In this document: piece by piece, positions 18,827 to 23,393 of the stretch
Layout: the number at the start of each line of letters is the position of its first letter
How positions within the stretch are numbered: position 1 is the first letter of the stretch
Assembly: GCA_963765895.1 (NCBI GenBank)
Contig: CAVXZB010000075.1
Coordinates: 1-23,393, forward strand
Reading direction: 5' to 3'
Length of the DNA stretch: 23,393 bases
From: an uncultured Nitrososphaeraceae archaeon
GTDB taxonomy: Archaea > Thermoproteota > Nitrososphaeria > Nitrososphaerales > Nitrososphaeraceae
Notes under the pieces: model-generated
Seen by the model: the letters and a program-made list of their open reading frames with translations, nothing else
Told to the model about the DNA's origin: nothing
The model's database searches: none
Program-made: the position numbers and the translations under genes

Positions 18827-18963
18827 TGCCCTGGCTGCCCTAGTAAGTTGCAACTTATTCTCCTAACTTATTTTCTTTTTTGTACTAACTAACATTTGAC
18901 TAAATTAATAATTCTGTATTATGTGAGCAATAAGTTAACGGTATCTAAGGCAACTAGGGCAAT
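18827..18963. repeat. Inverted-iteron element, copy 2 (orphan candidate origin)
   Basis: Left arm 18827-18862 is 36/36 identical to 22158-22193. Right arm 18928-18963 is 34/36 identical to 22253-22288. AT-rich spacer is diverged. Confidence 0.9.
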
Positions 18964-19783
18964 CCCGGGGGCTTTCCAAGGCAAACATGAAGGAACTGTA
19001 ATCTGGGAAAAATAACAGAAGTATTGTTGAAAGTAACTAAATATAGATTACATTTTAGATGGTAGGCATCAGTTGTTGCATCGTTATGAGTATTGGCATT
19101 ATCAATAATACTGACATCATCCCACTGTAACCATCGAATTCCTAAACAAAGGCGCATTTTATAAGAAAGTCTAGGTAGAAGGCAATGTTAGTCTTTAAGG
19201 AAGGTAATTCTGAAAACACATCTATCAGATTCTTTACTTTGGTTTAAACATTAATAACATTATTTACAGCGGTGGTTGGAATACAATATGAGATAGAATT
19301 CTGTTGGGTAACAGATTGATTGATATTCTACTACATAAGGAGAGAACCAATCGATTAAAAATATTTAATAATAGCAATTGAATTGTGCTGCAATGTTCCA
19401 CTTTAGTTACAAGCTTTAACAACTATCCCGTCGCTGATAATTTGCCTTTAGATTGCTTCAACCTTTTAGCGATGAATTGAAGAGATTTTCCTTGCTGTTC
19501 AAGAAGTTATCGCATGGAGTTGTTTTCCACTGTATTCTGAATCTTCTTCTAGAAAGGATAAATATATTGTTATTATAAAATGCTGTATCATGTAATGGCT
19601 CGGAAAAATCACAGTATGCAACGTTATTAACGAATTGAAGAGACGATTACGAATTAAGAAAATTAATCGGTCCTATAATTAACCGTGTATTCAAAAGTAC
19701 GATACTAGTTCATGATATTACTTCTCATTCTAGGTTTGCTTATATGAAAGTTTATGCGTGAATGAGAAGTAATTTTTTCTATG

Positions 19784-20983
19784 TCAGACCTGTATATCTA
19801 TAACTACCTTCTTAAGAAACCATTTATTCTTCCATGTCAAATGATTATCAATCCCATAAGAGTCATTAGATATATCATCGTACAATCCAACCGATATGTG
19901 ATTAGAATTTCGGGCAGGAATCTTATCTTCTGTGATAAAGTGAAAAAAACGATCCTCTCCATTCCAGTTTGGATACTTTGGAAAACATCCTTGAGGCCAA
20001 CCTGCATGAATATCAACAGGCCCCCACCAGAAGCCGACATTGTGAGGATTATCATTTAGCAGGTTAACGCCGGGAAACGAGTCTGCGGTAAACAAGATAG
20101 ATGAGCTCATATGATGATCGAGATATGCGAGCATCCTGTATCCACGTATCAAAACATCTATTGCACCATACGTCTCCACCCCTAATTGTTAACCATACAT
20201 CCCATTTTCCAGTAGGATAAGTGTTCTTAACAAACCCCATAGAAGTGTCATAATTAACACGCCAATAGTCTTGCGGTGCGACATATTCACTTACATTTGC
20301 TGACTCCGCGCGATCCCCTATCATTCCAGTCATGCGATCTAAAAAGGTAATAAAGTCAGGCGATCCGTGCCCTCCCTTGTACCACCATTCCAGATACGAC
20401 CAGCTGCTATCAAAGGGAGGTGTCTTCGTAATTATTGGATTGCTCGAGTCTGTAGCTTCCACGATCTTCTTAGGGACCTTACTTTTCTCGACGACCTCAG
20501 CTAATTCCACTTTAAGGCCTCCCCCCATGGGTTTTGAGAGATCTTTAATTGCTTTTGTGTACTTTTCATGTAGCTTCATGAGTTCCTCAGAATCGACAGA
20601 GGCCTCTTTCAGGATAGCTCGTATTCTATCTCTTGTTTGATCTTTGGTGGACTGGACTTTCTTCAGAGCAGCGTCGTCTAGTGTAATATATTCATGGGGA
20701 TTAATATCTTGACGTGATTTCTCAAATGACCTAATGAGTTGAGTCACAGTTCTTCAGCTGCTTCCTCTCCTATCTTATTCTTAACTTCCTCTCCAAGCTG
20801 GTATAGAAGCTTTTCCACTTCCGGAGTTAGCCGCTGAAAGAATTTACTACGTTCAGTACTCTCCGTTGTCAGTTTTTCCAAAGCAGCTAAATACTCAGAA
20901 TTATTTGGGAAAGCTTCTGGATTTAGATACCAATCTCCTCGGATCGAACCACTCCGGAACAAACCATCAGATTCTCCTGACAC
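19784..20983 (-). pseudogene. Probable single ~400-aa hypothetical gene split into three ORFs (helical N-terminus, aromatic beta-rich C-terminus)
   Basis: ORFs 20744..20983, 20064..20747 and 19784..20179 abut or overlap. TTAAATA lies about 25 bp before GTG 20983. The 20744-20747 junction could instead be true GTGA translational coupling. Confidence 0.55.
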
Positions 20984-21131
20984 TTACCCAGATAGATAAA
21001 TAGAAGTATTTAAGTATGGTGGAAATTCGTATCCCTGTATTCATACTTGATACATTCCAGTCTAGAAATCTAGATGCTAGTAATTGTTTCATCTCATCGA
21101 AATTACAGTGACTTTCCATATGTTCCAGATT

Positions 21132-21419
21132 TTATCTGTAGTAATGATCTATGATGGGACTATTTATACCATTTAATGACTGCTCGTTTTCATAGGCCAA
21201 TAATCCATCATGATAATCATCTAGTAATTGTTCTATTATATCGCGCAAAAGTGCAGATCAAGTAAAACTTTCAGATAATCAGTTTTCAAAAAGATATTCA
21301 GCTAGTAAATTGAATCTATTATGGAGGTCTACCGATACTTTGGTTGAGAGTACTTTATTTCGCCGGTGAACTATGTGATCATTACTATCCTTAAATTGAT
21401 TATCGAGTCTAGCAGCCAA
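21132..21419 (-). pseudogene. Ribbon-helix-helix (CopG/Arc-like) regulator with two in-frame TGA; absent from the ORF track
   Basis: RNKVLSTKVSVDLHNRFNLLAEYLFEN*LSESFT*SALLRDIIEQLL shows a strand-helix-helix pattern with SxLLR. TGA at 21279-21281 and 21258-21260. Confidence 0.65.
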
Positions 21420-21808
21420 TAATAGGTCTACCAAGATCAAAACTATAAGTATTTAGAAAATCCCATATGATGTTCGTTTTACTGGTAGGCCCGGGGAGAT
21501 ACCTTTAGTGATAGTGTTAAGCAAAATGGTATCATTACCTCGTCTAGATGGTGCTTACTCATGTTATTACCCACAAATCAATATTTCTCCATTAGCGGCA
21601 TTCGGAGGAAGATAGTTATGTATTCGCCGCTACTACAACGTCTAGGTAGACCAGTGCAATAAATATGTGATATACCAAATTAAATCGTGAGGCTTATAAT
21701 CATCTGCAAGGTGTGTCGGCACCTCGTCTTATGTTTAAATCGTGATTCCAATTTAGTATATTACTTTAAGATATTATGATACACAATTAATGGTCTAGTT
21801 GTAGACCA
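21326..21808. promoter_or_regulatory. Cluster of GTAGACC half-sites and palindromes (putative operators)
   Basis: TGGTCTA-GTTG-TAGACCA at 21791-21808, GTCTA-GG-TAGAC at 21640-21651, and GGTCTAC at 21425 and 21326. Confidence 0.5.
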
Positions 21809-22157
21809 ATGTGTTGACATTCCTTTTTTTATGAGTTATTATAGTTTGGATTCAGCGCTTCACCTAACACTACCTCAGCTAACTCTAAATTGGATTAGAT
21901 ACAATTTCCTAATCCCGAGCGATGGTAATATGAACAATATTCTTTTCGTTCTGATCGACAGTCTTCCACCTATTCTCTTGCAATTTGAATCCCAGACAAT
22001 TTACATAGCGTCTTCGCTTCGATTCTTCATGAGGTCTGATTTAGTTATAAGATAGGTACACATGATTAGACTGCACGATCTCCTTTTGATTGCGAGAATC
22101 ATTTCTTACAATTGGTAAAAATCCGAATTCTGGCTTCTAGCATTTGTCGCCTGGCAC

Positions 22158-22288
22158 TGCCCTGGCTGCCCTAGTAAGTTGCAACTTATTCTCTTACTTT
22201 CTTCTTAATTGTAATAGTATCTTGTCATATAAAGTACATTCTATTGAATTGACAATAAGTTAACAGCATCTAAGGCAACTAGGGCAAT
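22158..22288. repeat. Inverted-iteron element, copy 1; candidate replication origin
   Basis: TGCCCT(A/G)G 9-bp-period repeats on the left and inverted on the right, palindrome AAGTTGCAACTT, AT-rich core. Lies about 85 bp downstream of the primase-helicase stop. Confidence 0.85.
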
Positions 22289-22371
22289 ATCCTACAACTG
22301 ACGAAAAATGGCCTGCTCGAAATGCGATCCGGAGAATTTCAAAAGTCCTATGAATGAGCCCAAATATTACA

Positions 22372-23393
22372 CTAGATGGTAGTAGACGTAGGGATCAACG
22401 TCTCATTTTCACCTCTTAATGCCTGCTTGGTTGTAATCCCCAAATAGTAATATTCCCGTTTCTTGTTCTTCATCACACGATCCTTTAGTATGCCTAGTTG
22501 TGCCAACTCTTTTCCTAAAATATTTTCTTCTAACACTTTAGTATGCCTTGTCCGACAAAATTCTTGAAACGAATCCCGCAACGTGGTTGCCATAATGCAG
22601 ATGTCCGGTTTATTTAGATCAATAACGCATTGCTCCTCAATAAACTGCTCTACTATACTGGCATTACGCTCATACTGCTGCTTTATTTTTTCCACGGGTG
22701 TATCTTTGAAACCACCTTCCTTAATGAGTTTAGTCAAGCCCTTCTGTGCCAGGTTCAGAAGACCTGACAATTCTTCTTCGGTGATTAGTTTACTTATCAA
22801 ATCCGCATCTTCTTCTTCACCTTCAAAAATTCTGTCGAAAGGCAATATCACCCATCTACGATAATAGGCATAACTGTTATCCATAGATTCAGGTATCTTA
22901 TTCGTGCTGAAAATCAGTTTGGCGTAGTTTCTAAAACTAAAGGCTTGCTGGTGTTTCCGTTGTGCCCGGATACTATCACCAGAAACAAGGGCTTTGAACC
23001 TACCAGTGTTTACTAGTTTATCCGCTTCAAGGTCAGCGAAGACGTTGACAAGTTTACAATTGAGATCTGCACTTGCGAACCTATCTCCTAACAATTCCTG
23101 TAAGCTTGCATGACTTACATTCTGCTTTCCTACTAAAGCTTCAATTAGTTTGATGAGGACGCTTTTGCCGTTTCTGCCGGGACCAACTAACATAATTGCT
23201 TTCTCGTAACGCGGGCTCCTGTATAGACAATACCCAAATAATCTTACAAGAGTTGAAATCCCATCTCTTGTTTGTACTTCCAGTTAGGAACTTGATTACT
23301 CGGGGACAGGTAGCGCGAGGATCGTACGTTACTGGCGACTGGATAATCGACAAATAATCATGCTTGTGTGGCCTAATTTCTCCAGTCGTTATA
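22372..23393 (-). CDS. P4-family/D5-like primase-helicase, C-terminal part (runs off the window; frameshift near 23280)
   Basis: D5_N-like HDYLSIIQSPVTYDPRATCPRVIKFL / LFGYCL, Walker A GPGRNGKS, Walker B VNVFAD, motif C LIFSTN, YYRRW and a winged-helix-like tail. Confidence 0.9.

Larger units (their letters stand above)
21132..23393 (-). mobile_element. Replication module of a second integrated element (ends not defined)
   Basis: P4-type primase-helicase, adjacent iteron element and RHH regulator relic, all on the minus strand. Confidence 0.6.

Noticed and set aside
18825-18963. MITE interpretation of the ATTGCCCT...AGGGCAAT element
   Set aside because: No target-site duplication at either copy, no transposase, and the position beside a primase-helicase fits an origin better.
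2539-21281. TGA recoding (in-frame TGA in the helicase and twice in the RHH gene)
   Set aside because: In-frame TAA/TAG stops and frameshifts are just as common, and TGA ends apparently normal genes such as the one at 1341.
21820-22070. Possible degenerate small Cys-containing gene downstream of the origin-like repeat
   Set aside because: Needs several frameshifts to assemble, and no convincing motif survives.
359-22864. Short antisense or overlapping ORFs (e.g. 359..544, 1304..1492, 2268..2468, 2904..3086, 4433..4732, 6597..6809, 13119..13454, 14277..14540, 20332..20640, 22583..22864)
   Set aside because: They shadow better-supported genes or relics on the opposite strand and show no motifs.

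Overview
AT-rich window that reads as archaeal: TATA boxes sit about 25 bp upstream of leaderless starts, and the gene families resemble, from memory, those of soil Nitrososphaerales. It looks like a mobile-element hotspot in decay. At the left end is a plasmid/integrative-element early operon: Zn-ribbon, AbrB-like gene, two tandem paralogues, and a disrupted SF3-type helicase whose 3' end embeds an iteron array. At the right end is a P4/D5-family primase-helicase followed by a candidate origin, a second copy of which lies 3.3 kb away, plus an RHH regulator relic with likely operators. Between them are a caspase-like protease-pentapeptide-TPR gene with a divergent partner, an AEP primase relic missed by the ORF track, two sugar-binding-protein relics, a GH5 hydrolase and membrane genes. 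The most unusual part (10.4-14.6 kb) is a cluster of about eight small secreted-protein genes or fragments. Most share a 'YxxGxxxGxxD...FxxGYxxG' helical-hairpin scaffold with variable loops, four share an identical 14-bp leader sequence in both orientations, and one scaffold is fused through a transmembrane helix to a cytoplasmic HNH nuclease. Most long genes carry a frameshift or stop. Some single indels may be sequencing errors. No integrase, tRNA, rRNA or CRISPR array was seen.
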